In this document: piece after piece, positions 1-9,052 of the stretch
Numbering within the stretch: position 1 is the first letter of the stretch
Layout of the letters: the number at the start of each line of letters is the position of its first letter
NCBI GenBank assembly: GCA_963758525.1
Contig: CAVWVQ010000001.1
Coordinates: 224,001-288,000 of the forward strand
Length of the DNA: 64,000 nucleotides
Source of the DNA: an uncultured Phycisphaerales bacterium
Lineage (GTDB): Bacteria > Planctomycetota > Phycisphaerae > Tepidisphaerales > Tepidisphaeraceae
Direction of reading: 5' to 3'
The notes under the pieces: generated by a model
Told to the model about the DNA's origin: nothing
Seen by the model: only the letters and a program-made list of their open reading frames with translations
Database searches by the model: none
Made by a program: the position numbers and the translations under genes

Positions 1-5
1 AAGCC

Positions 6-1352
6 TTGACGCTCTTTTTTCGGTACATCGCGAACCTCGCCCGGCTCAAGCGCGGGCACTTTCACGTCGCCTGCATCATTCGCGGCGCGTCGCTGGTTGC
101 TCCGGCTTTGCAGGGTGGATTGAACTACGATCTCAATGCGCTGGCGCTGCTGATCCGCGACTGGTCGACCGATACGCTGCTGGCCGGCCATTCTCTGGCG
201 ACGTTCCTGGTGGCCGAGAACCTCAACGACCTGCATCCGCTGCTGGCAACCAACACCCGCGCGGCTCAGGTGAAGATTCCGCTGCCTCCGCCAAAAGAGC
301 TGGCCGACGCCTTTGGCATCATGTCCGCAGCGTATGTCACCGCGCTGCAGGGATACGCGAATCGAACTCCGGAACTGGCGGCGCAGCTTGCTGGCGCGAG
401 CACGGCTTCGATTGAGGCGATGTTGAAGACCGCCGAGTATCGCAAGCAGCCGCTGATCGATGACGATATTCTTCGATTGAAAAAACAGTTGGTTGAGCAG
501 GACTGCAACGGTCTGATCGAGTTCATCGAATCGAAACGGACGCTCGACGACCTGCACGGCCAGGAGAAAGTGAAGGCGTGGCTTCGGCAGGATTTTGCCC
601 TGTGGCGGAAGAATGATCTGCCCGCGATGCCAATGGGATACCTGCTGTGCGGCCCCGTCGGCACCGGGAAGACTTATACCGCAGAATGTCTGGCGGGCGA
701 TGCCGGCGCGCCGGTCGTGAAGCTCAAGAACTTTCGCGACAAGTGGGTGGGCAGCACGGAAGGCAATCTCGAGAAAATCTTCCGGCTTCTGCACGCGCTG
801 GGACGCTGCTTCGTCTTTATCGACGAAGCCGATCAGACGCTGGGCAAGCGCGACAGTCAGTCGGGGGACAGCGGCGTTTCCGGGCGGGTCTATTCGATGA
901 TGGCCGAGGAAATGAGCAACACCGCCAATCGCGGCAAAATCATCTGGGTGCTGGCCTCCAGCCGGCCTGATCTGATCGAGGTCGATTTGAAACGGCCGGG
1001 AAGAATCGACGTGAAGATTCCGCTGTTTCCCACGTCGACCGCCGGCGAGGGCCTCGCATTGATCCGCGCCTTGTGCAAGCGCAAGGGGCTCCAGATCGAG
1101 ACGGACGATGTTGCCGGGATCGAGCCGATGGTCCCGTCATTGCTGACCCCCGGAGCCGCGGAGACGCTGGCAACGAAAGTGTATCGGCTGTCGCGAACGC
1201 AATCGCTGACGGCGGCCCAGGCGATCAAGGCATGCCTGACGGATTACCGCAATCCGGTTCCGAAGGAAGTCATGGATTTTCAGATTGCCCTGGCCGTCCG
1301 AGAAGCCAGCGATGCGGAGTTCATCCCGCCCGCGTTTCGCGGTGTATTGTGA
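6..1352 (+). CDS. AAA+ ATPase (5' end lies outside the window)
   Basis: Walker A GPVGTGKT, Walker B FIDEAD, SRH with RPGRID; coiled segment before the AAA domain. Confidence 0.85.
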   Translation: MTLFFRYIANLARLKRGHFHVACIIRGASLVAPALQGGLNYDLNALALLIRDWSTDTLLAGHSLATFLVAENLNDLHPLLATNTRAAQVKIPLPPPKELADAFGIMSAAYVTALQGYANRTPELAAQLAGASTASIEAMLKTAEYRKQPLIDDDILRLKKQLVEQDCNGLIEFIESKRTLDDLHGQEKVKAWLRQDFALWRKNDLPAMPMGYLLCGPVGTGKTYTAECLAGDAGAPVVKLKNFRDKWVGSTEGNLEKIFRLLHALGRCFVFIDEADQTLGKRDSQSGDSGVSGRVYSMMAEEMSNTANRGKIIWVLASSRPDLIEVDLKRPGRIDVKIPLFPTSTAGEGLALIRALCKRKGLQIETDDVAGIEPMVPSLLTPGAAETLATKVYRLSRTQSLTAAQAIKACLTDYRNPVPKEVMDFQIALAVREASDAEFIPPAFRGVL

Positions 1353-1567
1353 GCATGGCGCCTACAACAGGGCGCGGCCCGCGCTTGTGAGCGTTGCTGC
1401 GCACGCATTGAGAATGCCCTCTCGGTAAACCGCGAGCAAGCTCCTCTTCGTCCTCACTCCACTCCTCGTCCTCACCCTTCGTGCCTCCGTGCCTACGTGC
1501 CTTCCCCAATGTTTGTTATTCAGGTCGCAGGGTTCTAAAATAATGACCGAACCTCCGGGGTGCCCGC

Positions 1568-2062
1568 ATGGATCGCAATGTTCATTACGAAGCCGCGTTC
1601 GAGGCGTTTTTGCGCGATCGGGGGATCCCTTGCGTGGCGGTGGATGAAGCCAAGAAGGCGCTGTTTGCCAATGCGCGGCTGAAGTCGTTCGACTTTGTCG
1701 TCTACAGCAAAAGCGGGCCGAACTTGCTGATCGACGTCAAGGGCCGGCAGCTTCGCAATCGATCGGCCATCAAGGGTTTCGAAACCTGGTCGACGGAGCA
1801 GGACGTGACGGACCTGATGCAATGGCAGCAGGTGTTCGGGGAGGGATATCGGGCGCTGCTCACGTTTGTCTACTGGATCGATCCGCCGTTGAACCCCGAG
1901 CCGGGGATGTATGCGTACCGCGGGCGGTGGTATCTGCTGCTGGGGATCGACCTGGAAGAATATCGAAAGCACATGCGGCGGCGGTCTGCCAAGTGGGAGA
2001 CGGTTTCTCTGCCGGCGCAGGAGTTCCGTTCTCTTGCCCGGCCGATTGAGAACTGGTTATGA
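1568..2062 (+). CDS. HYExAFE-motif family protein (PD-(D/E)xK-like fold)
   Basis: N-terminal HYEAAFEAFL motif, KSFDFVV and DVKGR nuclease-like motifs. Confidence 0.8.
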   Translation: MDRNVHYEAAFEAFLRDRGIPCVAVDEAKKALFANARLKSFDFVVYSKSGPNLLIDVKGRQLRNRSAIKGFETWSTEQDVTDLMQWQQVFGEGYRALLTFVYWIDPPLNPEPGMYAYRGRWYLLLGIDLEEYRKHMRRRSAKWETVSLPAQEFRSLARPIENWL

Positions 2063-2313
2063 TGATGGGCATGAAGTTTCGGCGGTTGCTGATTTGTCTG
2101 TGGCTTGCCTGGCTGGCAATTCCAACTGCCGTGGTGCGGGCCGACGACGACGAATTGCCGGATTTTGACGCACGCACGCAGGGATATCCCGCCGGCTTCA
2201 CAACACACCTGACAAGCAGCAGCACGCTGGGCGCGTGGTTTTTGTTTGTGGTGGTGGGCTCCGTAACGCTCTCGGTAATGTTGAAGAACTCAAACCGTTC
2301 ACACCTGGACTGA
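2062..2313 (+). CDS. small exported/membrane protein
   Basis: Signal peptide (VRA-DD), C-terminal TM helix with KNSNRSHLD tail; start coupled to the upstream stop. Confidence 0.6.
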   Translation: MMGMKFRRLLICLWLAWLAIPTAVVRADDDELPDFDARTQGYPAGFTTHLTSSSTLGAWFLFVVVGSVTLSVMLKNSNRSHLD

Positions 2314-2374
2314 CGACGCGCGGCGCCTGTCCGATCCGGGCGAACCGATCCCCTTTTTTCCGCTGGAGGACGAT

Positions 2375-2671
2375 ATGAAATCCAAGACTGTCGTGGCGCT
2401 GGTCGCCCTGAACTGTCTTCTGCTGGCTGCGCTGCTGATGCAGTGGTGGAAGCCGACGCCCGCATATGGTCAGGCGGCGGGGCGTGCATCGGACTACATC
2501 ATGATTCCCGGAAAAGTGGTCGGCGGAAATTCGTCGCTGGTCTACATGATCGACACGCAGAACGGTCTGCTCAGCGCCCGCACCTACGACGGGACGCAGA
2601 TCCAGGACAAGCGGCCGGCCATCGATCTGGATCGCGTGCTGGGCCGCAACGCAGGCGCCCCACGGCGTTAA
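2375..2671 (+). CDS. small membrane-anchored/exported protein
   Basis: GGAGGA RBS, N-terminal hydrophobic helix, DY..LVYMIDTQNGLL beta motif. Confidence 0.65.
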   Translation: MKSKTVVALVALNCLLLAALLMQWWKPTPAYGQAAGRASDYIMIPGKVVGGNSSLVYMIDTQNGLLSARTYDGTQIQDKRPAIDLDRVLGRNAGAPRR

Positions 2672-2709
2672 GCTGAATCTGACCAGGCGACCCGACGGGA
2701 GAAATCGTC

Positions 2710-3020
2710 ATGCAAGGAACTGTCATGCTCGACCGCAAAACATTCATCATCGGAATTCTGTCGCTCTCCGCAGTGCTGCTGCTTGCCGCCAACATCGTCA
2801 TGCCGCGCGCGCCATGGCCGATCAACTGGTGAAGGATCGTGACTACCAGGCCGTCACCGCGGGGATCAGCGTGCCGGGCGGAGATGCGCTGTACATCACC
2901 GACACGCACAGCGGGATGATGGCCATTTACATCTACGATCCCAACATCAAGGACCTCAAGCTCGTGGGCGTCAAGCCCGTGATGGAAGCGTTTCCGAATG
3001 CCGGGCGTCGGGGCGGATGA
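2710..3020 (+). CDS. small membrane-anchored protein, paralogue-like of upstream ORF (frameshift near 2810)
   Basis: MQGTVMLDRKTFIIGILSLSAVLLLAAN TM segment joins ORF 2814-3020 (DY..ALYITDTHSGMM) after a 1-nt shift. Confidence 0.5.
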
Positions 3021-3110
3021 ACTGAGAGTCCGTTTCACCCCCTCCCGAGTCTGAGGTACTCCGAAGGCTCGGATCCCGCGCGGGCTGGATTGACCGGAGG
3101 TTTTTGAGAA

Positions 3111-4139
3111 ATGCGCCACGATTGGACGCTGGACGAAATTCGCGAGTTGTTCTCCGCGCCGCTGCTGGATCTGGTGTTCAGAGCAGCCTGCGTGCATCGC
3201 GCGCACCACGAAGCGTCGGAGGTGCAGGTCTGCAAGCTGATCTCGATCAAGACCGGCGCGTGTCCCGAGGATTGCAGCTACTGCTCGCAATCTTCCCGCT
3301 ACCAGACCGAAGTGGAGCCCTCGCCTTTGATGCAGCGGGAGCAAGTCATGGAGATCGCGCGACGCGCGCAGTCTGCCGGCGTCACGCGCGTCTGCCTGGG
3401 CGCGGCATGGCGCGAAGTCCGCGACGGGCGGCAGTTTGATCGCGTTCTGGAAATCGTGAACGACGTCGCGTCGCTGGGCCTGGAAGTCTGCTGCACGCTC
3501 GGCATGCTCAATGAGCAACAGGCGGTCCGTCTCGAACAGGCCGGCCTGTATGCTTACAATCACAATCTCGACACATCGGAAAACTACTACTCGACGATCA
3601 TCACAACGCGAAAATATGCCGACCGGCTGGCGACGCTTGCCAACGTGCGCAAGACCAGCGTGACGCTCTGCACCGGCGGAATCATCGGCCTGGGCGAGAG
3701 CGAAGCAGACCGCATGTCGCTTCTGCACACGCTTGCCAACATGCATCCACATCCGGAGTCGGTGCCGATCAATGTGCTGGCAAAGGTGCCTGGCACGCCG
3801 CTGGAGAACCAACCTGACGTCCCCATCGAGCAGACCGTGCGGATGATCGCCGCCGCTCGGATTCTGATGCCGGGCTCCGTGGTGCGGCTGTCGGCCGGCA
3901 GGGCGTCCATGTCCGGCAGCGATCAGGCGCTCTGCTTTCTGGCCGGCGCCAACTCGATCTTCTCCAGCGACGATCGCCGGATGCTCACGCAGGCCGTCGA
4001 GTCGCCCGATTACGACGCCGACCGGCAACTCCTGGAGACGCTCGGCCTCAAACCGCGCCCGCCGCGAAAAACGGTGGCGGGGGGGATCGGGAACACTGAA
4101 ACGATCCACGGCGTTTCCCTCGAATCTCCCCGGGCGTGA
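3111..4139 (+). CDS. bioB: biotin synthase
   Basis: Radical [37 protein letters not shown] motifs. Confidence 0.97.
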   Translation: MRHDWTLDEIRELFSAPLLDLVFRAACVHRAHHEASEVQVCKLISIKTGACPEDCSYCSQSSRYQTEVEPSPLMQREQVMEIARRAQSAGVTRVCLGAAWREVRDGRQFDRVLEIVNDVASLGLEVCCTLGMLNEQQAVRLEQAGLYAYNHNLDTSENYYSTIITTRKYADRLATLANVRKTSVTLCTGGIIGLGESEADRMSLLHTLANMHPHPESVPINVLAKVPGTPLENQPDVPIEQTVRMIAAARILMPGSVVRLSAGRASMSGSDQALCFLAGANSIFSSDDRRMLTQAVESPDYDADRQLLETLGLKPRPPRKTVAGGIGNTETIHGVSLESPRA

Positions 4140-5344
4140 TGACGGTGGCGTCCAGCGCGGAAAAGCTCGCCAGCGATCGCCCGGCCGACATTCCGACTTC
4201 GCCGCTTGATCCTTCCACGCCGGTCATCACTTCGGCGGGGCTCGTCACCGCACTGGGCCAGACCTCGGCCCAAACGTGGGCCGCACTGCTGGAAGGGCGA
4301 TTCATCTCCGATCACGCGCGCGTTCCCATCCCATCGTCCCAAGACGAACCGCGCGTTGTCTCTCTCGCCAGAGCCGCGGTCCGCGAAGCAAATAACAAAC
4401 AACAGACGCACAGCCCTCACGCGCCCGATCGCAGTGCGCTGGTCGTCGGCACCAGCAAAGGCCCAATTGAGCAGTGGCTCAAATCCCCTCGTCATATGGC
4501 GCAATCGCCATATGATGGCGAGGGCCTCGCGCCAACCGGCCTCGGTCAGATCGCCGAGCGGCTCGGCAGTGACTTGCTCCTTCGCGGCCCCCGCCTCACG
4601 GTCTCCGCCGCCTGTGCCAGCGGTCTGCTGGCACTGATCCGCGCCGCGATGCTCATCAAAAACGACCAAGCCGATCGCGTTCTCGTCGTTGCCGCCGAGG
4701 CGTCGGTTCACCCGCTCTTCATCGGCAGCTTTCAACGATTGGGCGTCCTCCCCAAGACAGGCGGCGGGTGCCGGCCTTTCGATCAGCATCGCGAAGGATT
4801 TCTGATGAGCGAAGCCGCCGCCGCGGTCTGGCTGCACCGCGCGGATTGCGTCTCCGCTCAGACGGATGGAGACGACGCTCCCATCCGTGTCGCGGTCGAT
4901 CGTTTCTCCTTCGGCGCCGACGCCGCGCATCTCACCGGGATGGATCCCAACGGCAGGGTGCTCCGACGTGTCATCACGGATGCCGTCGGCGGTCGCCCGC
5001 TCGATCTGATCCATGCCCACGGAACCGGCACAACCCTGAACGATCCCGTCGAACTGGCCGCGATCAACGAGGCCGTGGCGACCCACGCGACCGTTCCGGA
5101 AATCTACTCGCACAAAGGCGCGCTCGGCCACAGCCTCGGCGCCTCCGGCCTGGCGTCACTTGCAATCAACTATCTGATTCATTCGCAGGGAACCGTTCCG
5201 CCGAACGTGAAGACCACTTCGCCGATCCCCACAGGCCGATTGCGGATTCATCCTCACCTCGTCCAACGCCCCGTCCGGCGAAGCCTCGCAGTCGCCGCCG
5301 GTTTCGGCGGGACGATCGCGGCGGTTGCGCTGCAAACAATATGA
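4136..5344 (+). CDS. beta-ketoacyl-ACP synthase (FabF/FabB-like)
   Basis: Catalytic [30 protein letters not shown]. Confidence 0.88.
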   Translation: MMTVASSAEKLASDRPADIPTSPLDPSTPVITSAGLVTALGQTSAQTWAALLEGRFISDHARVPIPSSQDEPRVVSLARAAVREANNKQQTHSPHAPDRSALVVGTSKGPIEQWLKSPRHMAQSPYDGEGLAPTGLGQIAERLGSDLLLRGPRLTVSAACASGLLALIRAAMLIKNDQADRVLVVAAEASVHPLFIGSFQRLGVLPKTGGGCRPFDQHREGFLMSEAAAAVWLHRADCVSAQTDGDDAPIRVAVDRFSFGADAAHLTGMDPNGRVLRRVITDAVGGRPLDLIHAHGTGTTLNDPVELAAINEAVATHATVPEIYSHKGALGHSLGASGLASLAINYLIHSQGTVPPNVKTTSPIPTGRLRIHPHLVQRPVRRSLAVAAGFGGTIAAVALQTI

Positions 5345-5387
5345 AAGTCTGAACCGCATCCGTAATGAGCCACGGATTGCCGGGAGA

Positions 5388-5726
5388 TCACCCGGCTCTG
5401 CGCTGGTTCATGACTAGTCGCAACCCTTCCGCCACCATTTGGGACCGCTTGAGTTTGTGCCGTTTCGCGAACGAGTCCGCCTCCTTGAGGAGGGTGCGTT
5501 CGATGCTGACGGACATCACCTTCGCGCCGGCGCCGACGGTGGGGCGTCCGCGCACCTTCCGCTGGAAGCGCTTCCATATCTTGCGTTCCGCGGCATTGAG
5601 GGGACGGGACTCCGAAAGCGGAACTTCTCCGCGCTCAAATATCGCCAGCTCCGCAGCTTTCTCGGCCGGGGAAAGTGCCAGGAATTTTTCCACCGCATCC
5701 GGCTCGCGCCGCTTTGCCTTTTTCAT
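5388..5726 (-). CDS. antitoxin, C-terminal RHH/CopG DNA-binding domain
   Basis: RGRP..G..VMSVSIERTLLKEADSFAKRHKLKRSQMVAEGL; GAAAGG RBS; directly downstream of toxin-like ORF. Confidence 0.7.
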   Translation of the reverse strand: MKKAKRREPDAVEKFLALSPAEKAAELAIFERGEVPLSESRPLNAAERKIWKRFQRKVRGRPTVGAGAKVMSVSIERTLLKEADSFAKRHKLKRSQMVAEGLRLVMNQRRAG

Positions 5727-5749
5727 AAGAACGCCTTTCTTCGTTTGCA

Positions 5750-5998
5750 TCATCGCCGCCGCCGGCCGGTCATTGGCATCGCGTGAATGATGTAGTACAC
5801 CCCGTCGCGATCGATCACGTATGCCACCTGGACCCATCGATCGCCGACGCCACGGCCGATGACTTGCCATTTGTCATCCCTGACGCGCCGGGGATACGGG
5901 CGCGCGCCGCCCGCACGACGCGCTCCGCCTCCCAGACCGAACGCCGTGCCTGGCCGCATGTTCAAATTCCAGTCGTTCCAGCGGAATTCCGCTTTCAT
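5750..5998 (-). CDS. BrnT/RelE-fold toxin-like protein (probable internal compensating frameshifts)
   Basis: EFRWNDWNL..HAARHGV, QVIGRG..RWVQVAY..IIHAMP; paralogue of 6096-6359. Confidence 0.6.
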   Translation of the reverse strand: MKAEFRWNDWNLNMRPGTAFGLGGGARRAGGARPYPRRVRDDKWQVIGRGVGDRWVQVAYVIDRDGVYYIIHAMPMTGRRRR

Positions 5999-6095
5999 CT
6001 GATTTAATTATGGAGTTAATCCGCGTCGATGCAAACTTATTCCGACGGAAACTATTATTCTTGCGTCCACTCCGATTTTCGCATATATAATAATC

Positions 6096-6359
6096 GTGCG
6101 GCAAGCGGATGACTTCCGGTGGAACGATGCGAACTTGGAGCATGCGACGAAGCACGGCTGCACGATCGCTGAGATCGAGCATCTGCTGCTGAATATTCCG
6201 CACGGATTTCCGCGCAGGATTGATCGCCACAAACGGCTGGTCATAGGACGCGGGCAGGGCGGACGACTCATCAGGGTGATCTACCTGCTCGATCCGCCGC
6301 CCGATGCTGCTTACTACGTCCTCCACGCCATGCCGCTGACATCGCGGCGCAGGCGGTGA
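6096..6359 (+). CDS. BrnT/RelE-fold toxin-like protein
   Basis: FRWNDANLEHATKHG..EIE..LVIGRG..RLIRVIY..VLHAMP. Confidence 0.7.
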   Translation: MRQADDFRWNDANLEHATKHGCTIAEIEHLLLNIPHGFPRRIDRHKRLVIGRGQGGRLIRVIYLLDPPPDAAYYVLHAMPLTSRRRR

Positions 6360-6394
6360 GGATCAACACCCGGCAATGCCGGGGGAAAGGCCAC

Positions 6395-6742
6395 ATGGCT
6401 CGCAAAACTGAAAAGGAACCAGCGACAGGCCGTGACTTCGAAGCCCTGCCGCGCGCCCAACGGGAGCGGATCATGGCGGAGCTTGACGCGGCCTCGACAG
6501 AGGAGCTGCTGGCCCGCTCCAAGCCGCTCACTCGCTCGCAAGCCGCCGCCGAGCGACGTCTGTGCGATGCGGTGAACGATCGCCGGGGACGCGGACGCCC
6601 AAAAGTCGGCAAGGGATCAAAACTTGTGGCTGTCACGCTTGAACAAGGTCTGCTGGAGGAAGTCGACCGTTTCGCCAAGCGGAAGAAGATGAAGCGTTCA
6701 GAGATGATTGCCAGCGGACTGAGACTCCTGATGGCTTCATAG
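6395..6742 (+). CDS. antitoxin, C-terminal RHH/CopG DNA-binding domain
   Basis: GRGRPKVGKGSKLVAVTLEQGLLEEVDRFAKRKKMKRSEMIASGL; GGAAAGG RBS. Confidence 0.7.
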   Translation: MARKTEKEPATGRDFEALPRAQRERIMAELDAASTEELLARSKPLTRSQAAAERRLCDAVNDRRGRGRPKVGKGSKLVAVTLEQGLLEEVDRFAKRKKMKRSEMIASGLRLLMAS

Positions 6743-6854
6743 AGCGTTCGCGGATCTTTGAAACCACACTTTTTAGGCAAGCGGCCGCTGCATAACCAGC
6801 CAATGCTGTGGACGACCCGCGTTGAGACAACGCAAAGTATACCAGTACCTTGCA

Positions 6855-6882
6855 ACTTAACATAACATGGATTATCGGACGT
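6855..6882 (-). other. dif: dif site (XerC/XerD), prophage left junction
   Basis: Minus strand reads ACGTCCGATAA-TCCATG-TTATGTTAAGT: 11-6-11 layout with a near-canonical XerD arm (E. coli TTATGTTAAAT). Confidence 0.9.
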
Positions 6883-7444
6883 GCAGAAGGGCGGCCAGAG
6901 AGGCCTATAACCGGCGGACACCGTTGATAGGTGCCCGCCAGCTAGAAGCCCACGGACTCCGGCCTGATGATAAGAGCCGGGCCGTGGAGAGCCCAAGTGT
7001 ACGTCCGAATATGCCCCGAGGCAAGAAATCATCATATCACCATTGACTGACTGCTAGCGGCTTCTAACCCGCTGCGCCAGATACCACCGGTGGGCTTCTA
7101 CTCCACCAACGATACCACCTATTGAACCAAACCCCGGCCCGACGTCAAGTGCCCTGCCCAGCAAAAATTAATCTTTTTTCGTCCCCAGCGCCGATTTGAG
7201 AGCGTGCCCGCCACAAAACCATTCAACCTCGACGACGCCTACAAACTCCAAAACATCTGGCGCGGCATGCGCGTCCTATGGCTCCCAATCACATTCGCTT
7301 TTTTCGTCGGCATGGGGATAACCATCCTCAAGGCACTTTTCACGCGACGCCCTCCAAGACGCCGACGATAATTCTCGGATTACAACCCACCACCCCTTGA
7401 CAGCGATGCAATCGACCTGTAACGCGCCGCAGGCCTGCAGGCAG

Positions 7445-8482
7445 TCACCACAATTTTGCCCCCTTGCTGGCCAGCACCAACCGCCACGCCCGCAACCCCA
7501 CCAGAAACCCCAACCCCAACGCGCTCGACTCCCCATACAAATGCAGCGCGCCCTCCAACCCCGCCAGCTGCGACGACCACGGCGACAACTCCACCGCAGC
7601 GCGCGAGAGGCGCGGAGCCACTCCTCCCCCGGCCGAACCCCACGGCGCGATCGGCCAAGACGCCACGTCGTCCGCCACCACCGCCCCGCCCACGAACCGG
7701 TTATCGGACGCTCGACCACCCGCCGAATACATCCCGTTCAGGATGTTGGTTCCCCAACCCTCGCAATCATTTCCGGTTATCAAAACATTGCTCTCGCCCA
7801 TGATTTCAATAGCGGTCTTGGCCCACAACGACACGCCCGCATCCGGCCCGGTCTGCAATAACACATTATTGCTTATCGTAATGTTGCTGCCGAACCCCAC
7901 CCACTCGGACCCGTCCCAATATCCGCCCGTCGCGCACGAAATCCCGATGTGCGAATCAACCCCGGCCCCGTCAACATGCGGCAACCAAGAGGACATCGAA
8001 TTACCGTCGACCAAAAGATGCGTCATACCCTTTTGTAGCTCAATCCCGATCCGCGTCGCATGCGTGATCACGTTCCCTTGCACCGTCAGCCCGTCACAAG
8101 CGGCCGACAGATGCACCGGCTCGTAAACCGCATCAAACGTGTTGCCCACGATCCGGCCACCGTCCCCCGGGTAGCCATAAATACCGCTACCACTCACCCC
8201 CGAAAACGTGCAACCAACGATCGACCAGTCACGCGCCCCCGCCCCTATAAAGATTGCGTCCCCATCAATGCCACTGAAGCTCGACCCCTCCACCACCACC
8301 CCGACCGCCCCATCCGCAATCACGACCTGCACACCTGGTCCGGTCACACCCCGCAACGAATCGCCCGACCCCAGCCGCACAACCGACCCACACGCACCCG
8401 AGGCCCACAACAGCAGAAACACGCAACACCGCCGCTGAGTCACACCCAGGTCAGTCACCCCAATTCCAAGCAATCCACGCAT
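7445..8482 (-). CDS. right-handed beta-helix protein fused to a C-terminal minor-coat-like anchor
   Basis: Signal-like N-terminus, repeated GN-x-I/F beta-helix rungs (IVGNTF, VQGNVI, VDGNSM, ISNNVL, ITGNDC); last 35 aa are 22/35 identical to ORF 15560-15697. Confidence 0.72.
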   Translation of the reverse strand: MRGLLGIGVTDLGVTQRRCCVFLLLWASGACGSVVRLGSGDSLRGVTGPGVQVVIADGAVGVVVEGSSFSGIDGDAIFIGAGARDWSIVGCTFSGVSGSGIYGYPGDGGRIVGNTFDAVYEPVHLSAACDGLTVQGNVITHATRIGIELQKGMTHLLVDGNSMSSWLPHVDGAGVDSHIGISCATGGYWDGSEWVGFGSNITISNNVLLQTGPDAGVSLWAKTAIEIMGESNVLITGNDCEGWGTNILNGMYSAGGRASDNRFVGGAVVADDVASWPIAPWGSAGGGVAPRLSRAAVELSPWSSQLAGLEGALHLYGESSALGLGFLVGLRAWRLVLASKGAKLW

Positions 8483-8499
8483 TTCTCGTCGCACTCTTT

Positions 8500-8689
8500 T
8501 CCCTCCCTGACACGGCGACCCCCCAATGACCCCATCAAACCGTCCAGCAGCTGCATGAAAGCGCCGCACGTCCCCGCCCCACAGAAGATCGGGCCCACGA
8601 ACGACCGCGAACCCCGCCGCCTCAAACCCCCGATCCATCAGGCCAATGCCCGGAAACAACGAAAGCACGACGCCGGCACACTCACACAT
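8500..8689 (-). pseudogene. N-terminal fragment of a C5 cytosine DNA methyltransferase
   Basis: Motif I LSLFPGIG and motif IV DGVIGGSPCQ present; motifs VI (ENV), VIII and X absent. Confidence 0.7.
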
Positions 8690-8861
8690 CACGCACCACC
8701 TTCCCGGAGGGTCACACCACTCCACAAACAACACCAGCGGAAACACCCACAACCGATGCCACCGTGACACGCCCGGCCGAAACTCCAACCGCCACGCGAC
8801 GCCACACGCTCGACAAAAGCGCCCCATCACGCACCACCTTTCTCTATTACTTGCCGACACC

Positions 8862-9038
8862 TCATCCTGCGTACTCCTCATGCTCCCGGATCAAACGACG
8901 GGCAGACTCCTCGATCACTTCCCGCACCGAAGCGCCCCCGCCCAACTCGCGTCGCACGTCACCGACCATCCGCGCCCACGCCTCGACCAGCAAAGTAAAG
9001 ATCTCTCCCACCTCGCACACACACTTGTCACCTGCCAT
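8862..9038 (-). CDS. small phage hypothetical protein (58 aa, MAGDKCVCEV...)
   Basis: Translated by hand; GAAAGGA RBS; directly downstream of rep. Confidence 0.5.
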   Translation of the reverse strand: MAGDKCVCEVGEIFTLLVEAWARMVGDVRRELGGGASVREVIEESARRLIREHEEYAG

Positions 9039-9052
9039 AGCGCACGTCCTTT

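Noticed and set aside
8687..8841. 16-bp direct repeat CATCACGCACCACCTT (similar copy ~17377-17392) as a recombination site or CRISPR-like repeat
   Set aside because: It is a Shine-Dalgarno plus TGATG stop/start coupling motif; only 2-3 copies, with no array
7445..8881. Single 478-aa MTase/beta-helix fusion ORF as given in the track
   Set aside because: Internal RBS+ATG modules (AAGGTGGTGCGTGATG at ~8687-8702 and ~8826-8841, ATG at 8482) and the scarcity of stops on this A-poor strand suggest several small genes read through by chance
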